A DNA stretch of 64,000 nucleotides. It comes from the human T2T-CHM13v2.0 reference genome, Homo sapiens. A model generated the notes under the pieces. The model searched no databases. It saw nothing but the letters and a program-made list of their open reading frames with translations, and was not told where the DNA came from. Below, piece after piece: positions 1 through 42,999 of this stretch. The stretch lies in assembly GCF_009914755.1 (NCBI RefSeq), contig NC_060931.1; one strand, 5' to 3'. Made by a program: the position numbers and the translations under genes. How positions within the stretch are numbered: position 1 is the stretch's first letter; each line of letters begins with the position of its first letter.

Positions 1-1230
<1,230 letters not shown>

Positions 1231-3064
1231 TGATACAAAACTGTAGGTGCAATACCATTGCTTTGCATATTCTTGATCATATGTACACACAAAAAATCTT
1301 AACAATTATTAGCTCTAGGTAGTAGAGGTGTTGGATTTTATAAGTGATTTCTGAGTTTAGGCTTTTTAATATTTTTTAAATTCCTTACCATGAACATATA
1401 TTCATTTTATAATTTATAAATATAATGAATGTAATCTTTAATCACAGCACGATCATTTGTAATAACAACCATATCTTCGTGATAACTCATACAAAGCTTT
1501 TTATCAGCTAGTACCCCCAAAACTTTTCGGCATAAATTGCTGCAAAACTAAGAATTTCCAATCCTGTACTTCTACAATTAAATTTTTGGAACCAAATATA
1601 GGACCTCACAGCTGAACTCTGATTGCCAAACCATGTCATTTCTCTGGCTCCCAGCAATCATGTGCAATTTAAAGACTTTGGGCCAGAAGGACCCTGAGCT
1701 TCTTTCACCCTTATAGTCCTGGGCGTCATGCTACTACCAAGAACCTTCTGGGAACTTTGGTCTGTCTACTTAGAGATAATGAATTCTAAAGAGAGAAAAT
1801 GAACCACTTTCTCTCAGGTCTCAGACTATGATCATATCTCCTTGAGAAGCAGCTCAAATTATTGTGAGAACCTGCCACTTGCCTACCCCACCACCTTCCA
1901 CCTCAGCAAAGTCCCCATTAGCTCAGGGTATCAAACCACTCATAATACTGCTAGATGGTCAGTGGTAGGAATTTGCAGATTTATGGGCCTATAAAATCAT
2001 TCACTTTCACTGCTGGAATGATGCAAGTCTCCTAGGTTAATAAGTAACATGGCCTTCACAAACATCAACTGGAGCACAGCGTGGGAGAATTCCAACTCTG
2101 TTGCCACATTTCCTAAAATCCAAAACCATTTCTGCTTCTGCAATACCTGTGCTTCTCTGTCATGGTGCATGCTGGTATGAATTCTCCCTCTTCCGACACA
2201 TCATTGTCGTCCTCCTCAGGGCTTCTCTTCATATCACTTTCTACTGTCTGTGAGGGGTCACCCAGCACTTCTCTTAGGGAAACCTTCTATGTCTCCTTGT
2301 ATCAGGATCTGAGTCAATGACCACATCTGGTGGATTCCACTTTCCTGTGCAGATGGCATATAAGCTAGCTGTCCATCCTCAAAATTCCCAGTATCCACCC
2401 CAGATTGATGTGTGCTTGCGAGACACACACATCAACAGTTGCCTTTTTGCTAGCCCAACAGGGTAAAGAAGGGCTCCCTTTTGAGCCTTATCTGTGGGTC
2501 CCTTCCTTTGGCTGGCTTTGCCAGTACAGCAGAAATGCTTCCCTAAGATGGGCCTCTTCAACAAAGAACCCAAAGTCAAGTTTACCTGGTCTCTGTACTG
2601 GTTCACATACTTAGTTGCCAGTCCACACCAAGGTCCACTGAGCTTACGCAGACATTTTTGTATCTATTTTACACCATATGTCTGTTGGATATAATAATAA
2701 AATATTTGGACATATTTTGTGCATCACTTTTTACTCTGTTTTTCTGGTAATTCATTTTTGTTGCATTTTATGAAAGTTTCAGTCAATACATATTAGAAAT
2801 AAAAAAGAATTTTTGAAAACTTGGTCCTTCAACACAAAAATTTGGGAATTGCCGGTCTGGGAGACTTGGAGGGAATTAACCTACAGCACACACTTTGACA
2901 AACATTACTGTCCAGGGTCATATCATCATACCGCATCCCTGGCTCAAAAAGTCAACCTCTGTCTTGAAACCCACTCTAGACCATTGGCTTTCCCTCTGGC
3001 AGCACATGAAAATCACTAGAAAGCTTTTATTTTGTCTTTTCTTATTTTGTTTTTATGGTTGCTG

Positions 3065-3345
3065 GGTTTTTTTAAACAGGGTCTCTCTTTGCCAAGGCTA
3101 GAGTGCAGTGGTACAAACACAGCCCACTGCAGCCTTAACCTCCTGGCTCAAGCGACCCACAGTCTCAGTCTCCCAAGTAGCTGAGACCACAAGTGCGTGC
3201 CACTAAGCCCAGCTATTTTTTTATTTTTTGTGGAGACAGGGTCTCACCATGCTGCCCATGCTGGTCTTGAACTCTTGGGCTCAATCAATCCTTCCACCTC
3301 GCCTCCCAAAGTGCTGGGATTGCAGGCATGTGCCATGGTGCCTGG
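3065..3345 (-). mobile_element. AluJ
   Basis: Diverged Alu dimer. Confidence 0.85.
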
Positions 3346-4575
3346 CGAAGGGAGCTTTTAAAATACAGTTATAGAGGCCATACTCTGAATCAATTAAATC
3401 AGAATCTCTCAGGGTGGGTATTTTTTAAAAGCTCCCCAAGTAGTTCAAAGGTACAGCCAGGATTAACAGTCCAAACCTTCTCAATTCATCATCTTGGACC
3501 ACTTGCCTGGCCTTCTGTTGTTTTGTTTTTGTTTGAGGAAATATCTGAGTCAATATCTCTCCTTCCAATAATACTTTAAATTCAAAATTAAAGCAACAAA
3601 TGAGGACGGGAAAGCACTTCTAGCATAGCAAAGACCTCCATTAAAATGATAAGAACACTGTCAAAAATGCTCAAAATCAACTTCTGCAAAACTCCCAAAA
3701 TTAATCAAAGGCATGCAACAATCTGAGGACTATTTATTCAAGAAAACAGCTGCATCTTGGTAAGAATGGCATATTTTTGTCATTTTAATGTACCCTATTC
3801 CCATCTCCCTCTCTGTAGCTCTGCAATAGCCTTGAAAACCAAGAACCTGACAGTAACAGTAGCTATGAAAAACAGCATCCAAGAATTCCCAGAAGGAAAT
3901 AAAATGGGATTGGAATTCCCAAAAGCCTCATCTCCAGAGAATTATCACTATTTGATCTTTGTGGCAGCTCCTTTAAAAGCTCCATTCTCAGGGCTCATCT
4001 TTATTTGGCCTAAGGTTGGCCTGTATAGAACAGCCTATGGCTAGGGAATTTGTCAGAGATAATCATTAGCAATTGTTTAACATCACAGCTGCCTGAGGCA
4101 GTGCTATCAGTTGAGGCTTACAAGAGACTGGCTAAAAAAACTTAACCAGAAAAAAAAAAGTGAAATTAGATCTCCACAGGGGACATCTGGACATTCATAA
4201 ATCTCCAACATATTCCTAAAATCCAAAACCATTTCTGCCTTCTGCAATACCTGTGCTTCATACATGTGTGCATGCCCAGAAAGGAACTAAGAAGGCCCTT
4301 TTCTCCTACCTGTGGCTGACTTTAACCCTCTGTGCAAGTGGCAAGTGAAGACTGAGGCAGAATTATAAAGTGAAAGAGTGTTGAAGTCATGCCCTACACA
4401 AGTGGTTGCCTTGGCAAAGGCTGGGAGGCTTATTGGTTCAACGTATTTAGGGACATCTCTGTCCAATCACTAGATGACCACTGAGTTAACCAAGCTTAGG
4501 TGTCTGTGGCTACATATGACAAAGACTAAAGATTTTACAAAGTTAGTCCAGGGAAGTCACTGGAATAACAGTAAG

Positions 4576-4938
4576 TGTATTAGTCTGTTCTCACGCTGCT
4601 AATAAAGACATAACAGAGACTGGGTAATTAATAAAGGAAAGAAGTTTAATTGACTCACAGTTCCACATGGCTGGAGAGGCCTCACAATCATGGCTGAAGG
4701 CAAATGAGGAGCAAAGTCACATCTTACATGGCAGCAGACAAGAGAGTTGTGAAGGGTAACTCCCCTTTATAAAACCATCAGATCTCATGAGACTTATTCA
4801 TTATCACAATAACAGCATGGGAAAGACCCGACCCCATGATTCAATTACCTCCCACAAGGTCCCTCCCATGACACATGGGAATTATTGGAGCTACAATTAA
4901 AGATGACATTTGGGTGGGGTCCCAGCCAAACCATATCA
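4576..4938 (-). mobile_element. THE1 (MaLR) solo LTR, TSD GTAAG
   Basis: TGTATTAGTCTGTTCTCAC...CCAAACCATATCA flanked by GTAAG. Confidence 0.88.
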
Positions 4939-5002
4939 GTAAGCAAACAAAAAGCAACAATAAACCCCAAGGAGGGGCAGAATCTGATTTTCAGAGGTAT
5001 CA

Positions 5003-5320
<318 letters not shown>

Positions 5321-6685
5321 ATCCATTTTTAACAACAAAAAAATTATCACAAAGAGAAGGGAAATATGGTCTGTATGCAGGAAAACAAACTGTCCATAGA
5401 AACAGTGTTTGAAGAAGCACAGGTGTTGGGCTTAACACACAAGGACTTTAAATTAGCTATTATGTTCAAAGGACTAAAGGAAGCATATCTAAAGAATTAA
5501 AAGAAAGTACAATAACAATGGCTTATCAAATAGAGAATATCAACAAAGAGATAGAAATATTCTTTTTTAAAAAAATCAAATGGGAAATCTGTAGTTGAAA
5601 AATACAATAACTGAAGTGAAACATTTCATCAGAGAGATGAAACAGCAGATTAGAACTGGCAGGAGAAAGAGTCAGTGAACTTGAAGATACGTCAACTAAG
5701 AATATGCAGTTTGAAGGAAATAAAGACAAAATAATTAAAAAGAGGGTATAGAGCCTCAGAGACTTGTGAGACATCACCAAGCATAGCAACATGTGCATAA
5801 TGGTAATACCAAAAGGAAAGTTAAAGGCTATCAACTAAGAATTCTACATCCAGCCAAACTCTTTTCCAAAACAAAGGAAAGAATGCAACAGGAAGTATAT
5901 ATGAAGAAATAATGGCCATAAACTTCTCAAATTTGATGAAAAACATTAGTCTGAACACAAAAGAATTCAACAAACTCCAAATAGATTAACTCAAAAAGAT
6001 CTAGACCTAAAAACAGCATAATTAAATGTTGAAAGCCAAAGATGAAGTGAAAATCTTAAAAGCAGCAAGAGAAAAGAACTTATCATATAGAACGGAGCCT
6101 CAGTAAGATTAACAATGAACTTATCAGCAGAAATAATGGAGTTTAGAAGGCAGTGAGATGACATAGTCAAAGGACTGAAACGTAAAGGCTGTGAACTAAC
6201 GATTCTATATCCGGCAAAACTATACTTCCAAGATAAAGGAAAAAGATACTTCCATCTAAACAAAAATTGAGAGGATTTGTTGCTGGCAGACCTGCCCTAT
6301 AGGAAATACCAAAGAGATTCCTTTAAACTGAAAAGAAAGGGCACTAGACAATCATTTGAATTCACACAAAGAAATAAGCGCTAGTAAAGGTAATTACATA
6401 GGTAAATACAAAAGACAGTAAAAATGTGGTTTGTAACTCTTTTCTTCATATTGAAATCAGCTTATTGCATAAACCAATAATTATAGACATATGTAATGGG
6501 CTCATAATGTATAAATATGTAATTTTTATGACACTAGTAGCAAAAAGAGGTGGGAAAGAACAGACCTATATTGGAACAAAGTTTTTGCATACTATTTAAA
6601 CTAAGTTAATATTATTGCAAAGTAGAGTGTTTTAAGTTAAGATGTTAATTGTAATCCCCAGGAAAACAAGTTAAAAATAATTTTA

Positions 6686-7050
<365 letters not shown>

Positions 7051-10000
7051 TTAACACACAAGAAAGCAGTAATGGAGATATAAAGAAACAAAAAAGACAT
7101 AAGACAAACATAAACCAGATACTCAAATCATACATGTAAATCATACCTTCTCAGTAATAGTGTTAAATGGAAATAAACTCAGTATTCCAATATAAAGGCA
7201 AAGATCAGTAAAATGAATAACTTTAAAAAACCTGATCCAACTATATGCTGTCTACAAGAGACATGTTTTACATTCAGACATAAAGGAGTTGAAGATAAAA
7301 GAGTGTGGAGAAATATACCATACAAACATTAACCAAAGTAGAGGTGTAGTGGCTATACTAACAACACACACGCACACACACACACACAAACAAACAAAAA
7401 TTGTTATTAGAGAAAAAAAAAAGGACATTTTATCATGATAAAAGGGTCAACTCATAAGGAAGATATAACAATTATAAGCATACATGCATCAAAAATATAT
7501 CGGGCAAAAACTGACCAAATAGAATGGAGAAATTGGCAATTCAAGAATTGTATAATTTAACAATAGACAGAACAAAGAGGCAAAAGATAAACATAGAAAA
7601 TTGAGGAGCAGAACATTATAAATCAACTAGGCTTAACGTATTTCTGTAGAACACTCTACCCAATGGCAGCAGAATATACATTATTCCCAAGTGCAGACGG
7701 CACATTCACCAGGATAGATCATGTATTAGGCCACAAAACAAGTTCCAATAAATTTTAACAGAACCAAAATCATACAAAGTATTTCTTCTCTAACCACAGA
7801 GGAATAAAGCTAGAAATCAGTAACAGAAGGAAAATTGGTAAATTCACAAAATATGTGGAAATTAAACAAAACATTGATAAACAACCAATAAGTCAAAAAG
7901 AAAATTACAAGCAAACTTAGAAAAAAACTTTCAGATGAATGCAAATAAAAATACAACATACCAAAAGTTATGGGATACAGAGAAAGCAATGCACAGAGGA
8001 AAATTTATAGCTATAAATAACTATACTGAGAAAGAAGAAAGATCTAAAATTAGCAACCTAACTTCACACTTTAAGGAACTAGAAAAGCAAGAGCAAACTA
8101 AACCCAAAACTAGAAGAAGGAAGGAAATAATAAAGATTAGAACAGAGATAAATGAAATAGAGAACAGAAAAACAATAGAGAAAACCAATGAAACCAAAAG
8201 ACGGTTTTTTTGAAAAGATCAACAAAATTGACAAATCTTTAGCTAGACTGATTATAAAATGGAGAGAGGTAAATGACTAAAATTAGAAAGTGGGGGCATT
8301 TCTACTAACCCTATAGAAAAAGGATTATAAGAGATACTATAAACAATTGTACACTGACAAATTAGATAACCACAATGATATGAATAAATTCCTAAAAACA
8401 CAAATTACCAAAAGTGATTGAAGAAGAAATAAAAACTCTAAATAGACCTGTAAAAAGTAAAGAGATTGAATCAGCAACCAAAGCCAGGACCAGATGGCTT
8501 CACTAATGAATTCTACTAAATATTTAAAAAAGAATTAAAACCAATCCTTCTCAAACTCTTCCACAAAATGGAAGAGCTACAGCTTTCTAGCTAATTCTAT
8601 GAGGCCAGAATTAGCCTGATACAAAATCCAGACAAAGAAAACACAAAAAGAGAAAACTATAGATCAAAATCCCATGATGAACATAGAATGCAAAAATCCT
8701 CAACAAAGTATTATCAAATTGAATCCAACAGCATATTATAAGGGTTATACACTATGACCAATTGGGATTTATCCCAGGAATGCAAGAGTGGTTCAACATA
8801 AGAAAATCAATCAATGTAAGACACCATATTAACAGAACCAAAAAAATCTTCAATTTATGAAAAAAATTCTCAGTTAGGGCAGAAGAAAATTTTGACAAAA
8901 TCCAACACACTCTCATGATAAAAACACTAAAAAAAACTAGGAATAAAAGGAATACCTTCTACATAATAAAGAACCCCTGTGGAAAACCCACAGTTAACAT
9001 ATTCAATAATTAAAGACTGAAAGCTTTCTTCTTAAGATCAGGAACAAAACAAGAATGCCTAATTTTATGGCTGTTATTGAACATTGTGCTGTAAGTTCTA
9101 GCTGGAGCAATTAGGCAAGAAAAAGAAATGAAGCATCCAAATTGGAAAGAAAGAAGTAAAATTATTTCTATTCACAGATGACATGATCCTATATATAGAA
9201 AATATGAAAGAATCCACAAAATAAACTACTAGAGTTAATAATGAATTCAGTAGAGTTGCAAAGTGTAAGATCAACATGCAAACATCAGTTGTGTTTCTAT
9301 ATACCAGCAATAAACAACATGAAAAAGAACTCCATTTACAATAGTATTTAAAAGAATAAAATACCCAGGAATGAATTTAACCAAGATAATGATACGTACA
9401 CTGAAAACTATGCAACATTGCTGAAATAAATTAAACAAGGCCTAAATAAATAGAATAGCCCAGGTTCATAGACCAGGAGACTTCCTGTTGTTAAGATGGC
9501 AACACTGTACAAATTGGCCAAAAGATTCAAGACAATCCCTAACAATTTCCAATGCCTTCTTCAGTAATGAAGAACCCAGTCCTCAAATTCATGTGTGATT
9601 GTGGGGGCTCCAAATGCCAAAATAATCCTGAAAAAGAACAAAGTTGCAGGACTTACACATGCCAATATCAAAATTTACTACAAAGCTACAGTAATCAAGA
9701 CACGGTGGTACAAACATTGTAGATAGATGCACAGGACTATGAAATTGAATTGAGGATTCAGAAATAAACCTATTAATCTATGACCAGTCGATTTCAGACA
9801 CAGGTGCCAAGACCATTTAATGGAGAAAGAATTGTCTCTTCTCCATTGGAACACTGGAGCACTGGAACAACTGGATATCCACATGCAAAAGAATAAAGTT
9901 GGACCCTAGCTCACACCATATACAAAAATTAACTCAAAATAGACTGTAGAAATAAATATAAGAGCTAAAATTATTAAACTCTTCAACAAAAAATACAGAA

Positions 10001-11697
10001 GTAAATCAAAGCATGAACAACATAAGAAAAAAATAGATAAATTGGACTTCATCAAAATTAAAAATTTTTGTGCCTCAAAGGGCACCATCAATAAAGTGAA
10101 AAAACAACCCACAGAATGGAAGAAAATATTTGCAGATTTTACATCTAATAAGTGACTTGTATTCAGAATATATAAAGAACTCTTAACACAACAATTTTAT
10201 TGATTTTCAATGACAAACCAATTTAAAAATGAACACAGGATTTAAATAAATATTTCTCCAAGGAAGGTACAAATGGCCAACATGCACATGAAAAGGTGCT
10301 CAACATCATTCATCACTAGACAAATGCAAATCAAAACCACAATGAGATACCACTTTAAACATACTACAATGGTTATAATAAAAAGGACAGTAACAAGTGT
10401 CAGCATTAATATGGAGACATTGGAACACTTGTACATTGCTGGTAGGAAGGTGAAATGATCAGCTGCTTTGGCAAACAGTTTGGTGGTTCCTTAAACAATT
10501 AAACATGAAGTTTCAAAGTGACCTAGCAATTCCATTTATATGTATATAACCAAGAAAATTGAAAACACGTTCTCACAAAAATACGCACATGAATAATTGT
10601 AGAAACATTATTTATAATAGCCAAAAAGTAGAAATAACCCAAGAATGGATAAACAAAGTCCATACAAAGAACCATTATTTGGGCACACACACACTAAAAA
10701 AATGAGGCACTGATACATGCTACAACATGGAACCTTGAAAACCTTATGCTAAGCAAAGCAGCTAGACTCAAGAGGCCACAGATTGTATAGTCTCGTTTAT
10801 ATGTATGATCCCATTTTTATAAAATGCCCAGAATAGGTGTAGCCACAGAAACACAAAGTAGACTAGAGGTTGCAAATGACTGAATGGTAGGGCAGTGGCA
10901 GGGCGGGGATGTGGAGGGACTGCTAATGGGGGTGGGCTCTCTTCTTGGTGTGATGAAAATGTTCTAAAATTAGACAGTGGTGATAGTTGCAAAACTCCAT
11001 TGAACATACTAACAGTTACTGAATTGTGCAGTTTAAAAGGGTGAATTTTATGGTGTCAATTCTTTCTCAATAAAGCCGTTATTGAAATGTTGTAGCATCT
11101 TTCACCTATCAGATGGACCAGTCCTAAAATTATGACAATACATAGTACTGATGAGGGTATGGTTAAGTAGGTACTATGTATGCTGAGGGTGGTAGTACAA
11201 ATTGGTACAGCTTCTTTCAGGAGTAATTGTACAGCTTCTACCAATATTTACAATGCATCTACCCTTTGATTTAGCATTTTCAATTTTAGCAATATGAAAT
11301 ATTGGTATATTCAGATAGGTACATAAAAGATTTGGTAGATTTACAGGCAGATCTGTAAGAATGATCTTATAAGGTCTGTTTAGTTAGTAATATTGCACCA
11401 ATGTTAATTTCTTGATTACAATAATTATATCATAGTTAGATAAGTGAATATTAAGGAAAGCTGGGTAAAGGGTATATAGGCACTCTAATATTTTTGCACT
11501 TTTTTTCCTAATTTGAAATTATTGCAAAATAAAAAGTCATAAAAAAGAAGATATATTATTAGGTGAAAATGCAAGGTGAAGAACAGTGTGTATTCAGTGT
11601 GCCATTTGAGTAAAAGTAATGAGGTACATAAACATATATTCATTTGTATTGGCATAGACTATTTCTTAAGTGATAAGTTTTTAAATGTGGTTGCCAC

Positions 11698-11979
11698 TGG
11701 CTGGGTGCAGCGGTTCATGCCTGTAACCCCAGCACTTTGGGAGGCCGAGGCGGGTGGATCACCTGAGGTCAGGAGTTCAAGACCAGCCTGGCCAACATGG
11801 CGAAACTCTGTCTCTACTAAAAATACAAAAATTAGCCAGGCGTGGTGGTGTGCACTTGTAATCCCAGCTGCTTGGGGGACTGAGACAGGAGAATCGCTTG
11901 AACCCAGGAGGCGGAGGTTGCAGTCAGCAGAGATCATACCAATGTGCTCCAGCCTGGGCTACAGAGCAAGACTCTGTCT

Positions 11980-12013
<34 letters not shown>
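11698..12013 (+). mobile_element. AluSx with long poly(A)
   Basis: Alu consensus match; imperfect TSD gtggttgcc. Confidence 0.9.
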
Positions 12014-12016
<3 letters not shown>

Positions 12017-12059
12017 TGGTTGCCTCTGTGGTGACAGGAAGACTGGAGTAGAAGGGATC

Positions 12060-12457
12060 CTTTATCATTCAGGGTTCCACCAGAGAAACAGAGCCAGTAG
12101 GAGAGAGAGAGATTTGTTACAAGAAATTGGCTTACATGATTCAAGGGGCACTCACTAGGCAAGTCTGAAATCCATGGGGAGGGTGATCAGGAGGGGTAGG
12201 CTGAAAACTCTCAGACAGGAGCTGATGCTGCAGTCCACAGGCCGAATTTCTTTTTTCTCAGCTTTGTTTTTAAGGCATTTCAACCAATTAGATCAAGCCT
12301 ACCCAGATTATCTAGGGTAACCCACTTTAGTTTAAATCACCTGATAGTAGACATTAATCACAACTACAAATTACCTTCACAGCAACACCTAGATCAGTGT
12401 TTGATGAATAACTGGGTACCATAGCTTAGCCAATTGATACATAAAACTGCCTATCAC
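12060..12457 (-). mobile_element. MLT2 (ERVL) LTR remnant
   Basis: cagggttccaccagagaaacagagccagtagga...gatacataaaactgcctatcac. Confidence 0.65.
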
Positions 12458-12545
12458 CAGGACTTAAAAGTTACAGTGCACTATCTTATTCTGCTTGAAC
12501 TTTTTTATAACCATGTGTGTGTATTGCTTTTTCCATTAAAAACAG

Positions 12546-12922
12546 TGTATTAGTCCATTCTCACACTGCTAAAAAGAACTACTTGAGATTGGTAATTTAT
12601 AAAGAAAAGAGGTTTAATTGACTCACAGTTGCACACATTGCACAGGAGGCATGGCTGGGGAGGCCTCAGGAAATTTCAATCATGGCAGAAGGGTGAAGGG
12701 GAAGCAAGCACATCTTCACACGGCAGCGAGCGAGAGAGAGAAGAAGAAAGTGCTACACACTTTTCAAACAACCAGATCTCATGAGAACTCACTATCATGA
12801 GAACAGCAAGGGGGGAAGTCCGCCCCCATGATCCAATCACCTCCTACCAGGTCCCTCCCCCAACATTGAGGATTACAATTCAACACGAGATTTGGGTGGG
12901 GACACAGAGCCAAACCATATCA
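12546..12922 (-). mobile_element. MSTA (MaLR) solo LTR, TSD AACAG
   Basis: TGTATTAGTCCATTCTCACACTGCT...CCAAACCATATCA flanked by AACAG. Confidence 0.88.
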
Positions 12923-15504
12923 AACAGCTACATCAATGTTCCAAAAAAAAAAAAGTAGAGAAAGTGTTAGTGCTCTCTGGCCATGGAGGTCATGATTTCC
13001 TTCTCTCAGGCAGCCATCTCTCTCCTCATCACACCAGCCTAGCATCCTGTCTTTCTACTTCAAGGTCTATATTTACCATCACTGTCTGTTTCAAAGGACA
13101 TGTCTCCATTTTGCATCTTCTTAACCATTTGCAGTTTTATCAATCCCTCCCTTTCAAGGGGAGTGGCCAGAGTTTAAAAAGCTGTCTTCATCCTCTTAAC
13201 CAGTTAAATGGCCCCCTCCATCAAAAGAGAGAACCCTTGACCTCACCCCAACTCCTGAGTCAGGCTATGTGAAGTTGGGCTGTTTATTTCTCATATCCAC
13301 CACCTGGAATGTTGTGGTGAAGAAAGAGAGCCCAAGCTCCCATGGACCAGAACTGAGAGAACCCACATCAGTCCTGATGGTAGGAGACAGAAGAGAAAAT
13401 AATACGGAGGCGAAAAGGGGCGATCCCTCTGACTCGTCTATTTATAATGAAGTGGGGCCACTGAACCCAAGGTGTAATGCACAGTGGAATTAGATAAGAC
13501 TGTCCCTCTTGGATAGCCATCAACGTGGGCTGAGGCCTGGGGTAACCACTGCCCTCTCATGAAAATCTTTAGCTGCGCTTGGGCTGCCTACCATCTCTCA
13601 CCCTCTGAGAAAATACATGAAGTCCCCAGTGCCCTGGATGCTCACAGTGACTGATCTACCCTAATTTTTGCTGAGAAGGGTGACCTTCACCTGTCTTGCA
13701 GCTGTGGTGGTTATTCAAACCCTGCTATAGTATATGCTGGAAACCAAGATATTAGTTTGGAACAGGTGAAAAAGAAACCTAATGGATCAGTCTCTCAGAC
13801 ATGAAGCAAACAAGCCTCATTTCTCACCCCCATTTGACTGCCCATGTGGCGGCCAAGACTGCCCCAGCAGGCTCTTGGAGTTGCTAAGGAGCTGCCTCAT
13901 CATCGGACCATGCAGTTTCCATGTTCCTGATCCTACGTCCTTGAACTATTAAACCCTCTGGTTCCAAGGATTCGTTCCTACTCCACACACAACCCCACCC
14001 AAGAAACTAAACTCTCCCTTCCATCCCAAAGTAGCCCAACATTGGGATGGCCCAATATTCTCATATAATCAAAAAAGAAGTGAATCTTATCACATCTGCA
14101 AATCCCCTGTCCTTCTGAAAAATAACTAAACTGAGTGGTATAAAAACTGTAAAGGTCATTCCCTAAAAGGAAACAAAATAAATTCTAACATGAATTAGAG
14201 AAAAATATAATGAAACAGATGACGATAGTGCACTGAAATACCTATTGACTTAGTATCTCTAGCTTAAAGTGCCATCTAAATTGAGCCCATTTGAGGATCT
14301 ACAATCAATTTTATCCACAAAAGAAACAATCTTTCACAGCAATAGTTTGCCCATTTTGATGGTGAAACATTAAGAGGCCCATGTATTTTCTCAGTGAATC
14401 TCAAGCACAATAGGTTAGGTCTATTAACTGAGTGAATGAAAGCAGGCTTTAATCTTTATAGTGAAATAAATTGTGACTCCCTATAGCAGAAGTTCCCTGT
14501 CAAACCACTGAGAAGCTAACACAAAGAATGTACTTTTATTCACAAGTTTCAACCTTCTTTATCAGTATTTCTACAGCTCTTTCTACATTTTGAAGCACTT
14601 TCACTTATACATTAAACCCTTAAAATAGAAACTCCAAAAGCAGTCCCTTGGAAGTTGCTGCTGAGTTGTGATGACAGTATGAGTCTTTGGGAATTTTCAC
14701 TATGGAGGTCTGGGGAGGGTGGGGACTCTCACCCTGGGACATGTCTTGATGGGGTCATACATCTGCCCTCCTATAGCAGGAAGTGCCCAGCCATACTGAC
14801 CCAGCAATGCTCCCCATAAAGGAGTTTACTGTATCTGCAGGGTCCCTTGGAAGCCAATGTCTAGCCCCATGCAAAGGACACGGTGAGCAAAAGCCTATCT
14901 AGGATTGTGTCTCAGGCTCATCTTGGCAGAAGTGCTGGGAGCCCCTGACTGCAGTCAGAGAGTGCATCCCTCCATTGTGTCTCTGCCTTTTTCATTCTTT
15001 CCTGGGAGCCACCATCTGCAGACCTCAGCTCAAAGCTGAGGGTTTTTTGTTCTAAAAGTTACAAAATCTTGCATATATCTCTCTGTCCTAAGGTAGTTGA
15101 TATTTAAGGGACCAAATGCCCCCCAAGGGGGCATGGAGTGCAGAGGACCAGAGAGAAGATCTTGAGCAAGTCCCTGGCCCTCTCTGAGCCTGGGGAGAAG
15201 ACTCTTCACAGAGTTGTCCCTGAGGATGCTGAGCACAGTAAAGTCTCAGTATAGGATCCATCACTCTCATTTTAATTGGGGGATAAAAAGATAATACAGC
15301 CTGAAGTCCCGGCCTTTTATTTCATGAAATGGATGGACACTAACAAGGAGAATAAATTCAGAGGGTTATTCCTTCTACCAGAAAGTTAGGCCAAGGGGCG
15401 CAAAAAGGGGTGGCCATCCCGAGTTGGTATGAATGCAGGGATCTTGGAAGGCTTCCTGGGTGTTGAGCTGGATCTGCAAGGAGGGCATGTTCTCCAACTG
15501 GGAG

Positions 15505-15722
15505 AGAAGGAGAATATTTCCCGGCAGGATCTCTGCTGGGGTGGAGTATTTCAAGACAGGATCTATGCCACTGTGCTGGAGGAATTTCAGGGCAGAATCT
15601 ATGTTGCTGGAGGAATATTTCAGAGAAGGATCTATGTTATTGTAGGGGGAGGGCATTTCTGGACAGGATCTATGTTCCTGTGGTGGGGAGGGAGTGTATT
15701 TTAGGGCAAAAGTTTTGCTACT
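15505..15722 (+). repeat. Degenerate minisatellite, about 6 units of 31-40 bp (GGAGGAATATTTCAGGGCAGGATCTATGTTGCT-like)
   Basis: Recurring atttc...ggatctatg motif. Confidence 0.7.
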
Positions 15723-15731
15723 GGGAGGAAG

Positions 15732-15743
15732 GGGTCAAGGTCA
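15732..15743 (+). promoter_or_regulatory. DR0 element GGGTCAAGGTCA (contains TCAAGGTCA)
   Basis: Read directly from sequence; about 115 bp upstream of the MGKID ATG. Confidence 0.4.
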
Positions 15744-15855
15744 GAGGGTGGTGGTGTGTGTGGGTGTTACCAGGGATAACTCTTCATATCCAGAGCTAGT
15801 GAGAGGCCACCAGGAGGCCCCCAGTGTTCATGGCAGAGCCTTCTGCCTTGCAGCT

Positions 15856-42393
<26,538 letters not shown>

Positions 42394-42545
42394 TGCAGAA
42401 GAGGAGCTGCGAGGGGAGGGACTGAATGAGGTGGGCAGTTCCCAAGGTTGAATGCTGGCAGCTAAGGTTGCACCTGTCTTGGCCTCCAGGACTCTTTGGA
42501 GTGGGTTGTTCCAGAAGCATTTTGATGATTTTAGTTTCTGATTAT

Positions 42546-42551
42546 TATAAA
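42546..42551 (+). terminator. STRA8: Candidate STRA8 poly(A) signal (variant TATAAA); canonical AATAAA further on at 42888-42893
   Basis: T-rich upstream segment and GT-rich downstream segment (cgtgttggtcttt near 42572). Confidence 0.45.
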
Positions 42552-42999
42552 GTATAAGAGAAGCACGGCCTCGTGTTGGTCTTTAGGGACTGTTTGGCAC
42601 AAAGGGCTGGCCTGCTGCTATTGTGCTCCTATTAAGGGGGTAGAAAGTACAGCTGGGGCCCAGGCCATGGGCCTTTCAAGGAGGACAGGCAGGATCTGTC
42701 CTCGGAGGTGACATAACACCAGGTACTTTCAGCATGTCCTGGGCACAGGGCATTGCCCTGATGGGTTCTAGAGAGTTCCACAGCCCACCTGCTCATCCTG
42801 CACACTCTGAGAGCCAGGGGCAGTGCTGACCTCAACCCTGTGCCACAGGACAGCTGGGTGGAACCAGATTCATCTGCTGCTCCTGGTAATAAAGTCACCT
42901 GAACAGGAGCTACAGTGAGGTCCGAGGGTTCCGAGGGCTTTCTGGTGAGGCTTCTGGGCAAAGGGTGCATACGTGTACCTGGGCTTGGACACTGGGGGT

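Noticed and set aside
7935-10458. L1 ORF2-like peptides
   Set aside because: Fragments of a dead L1 with many stops and frameshifts.
12960-15000. Unique-looking intergenic DNA, considered as processed pseudogene or upstream exon
   Set aside because: No recognisable protein similarity, poly(A) plus TSD, or convincing exon by eye; needs BLAST/Dfam.
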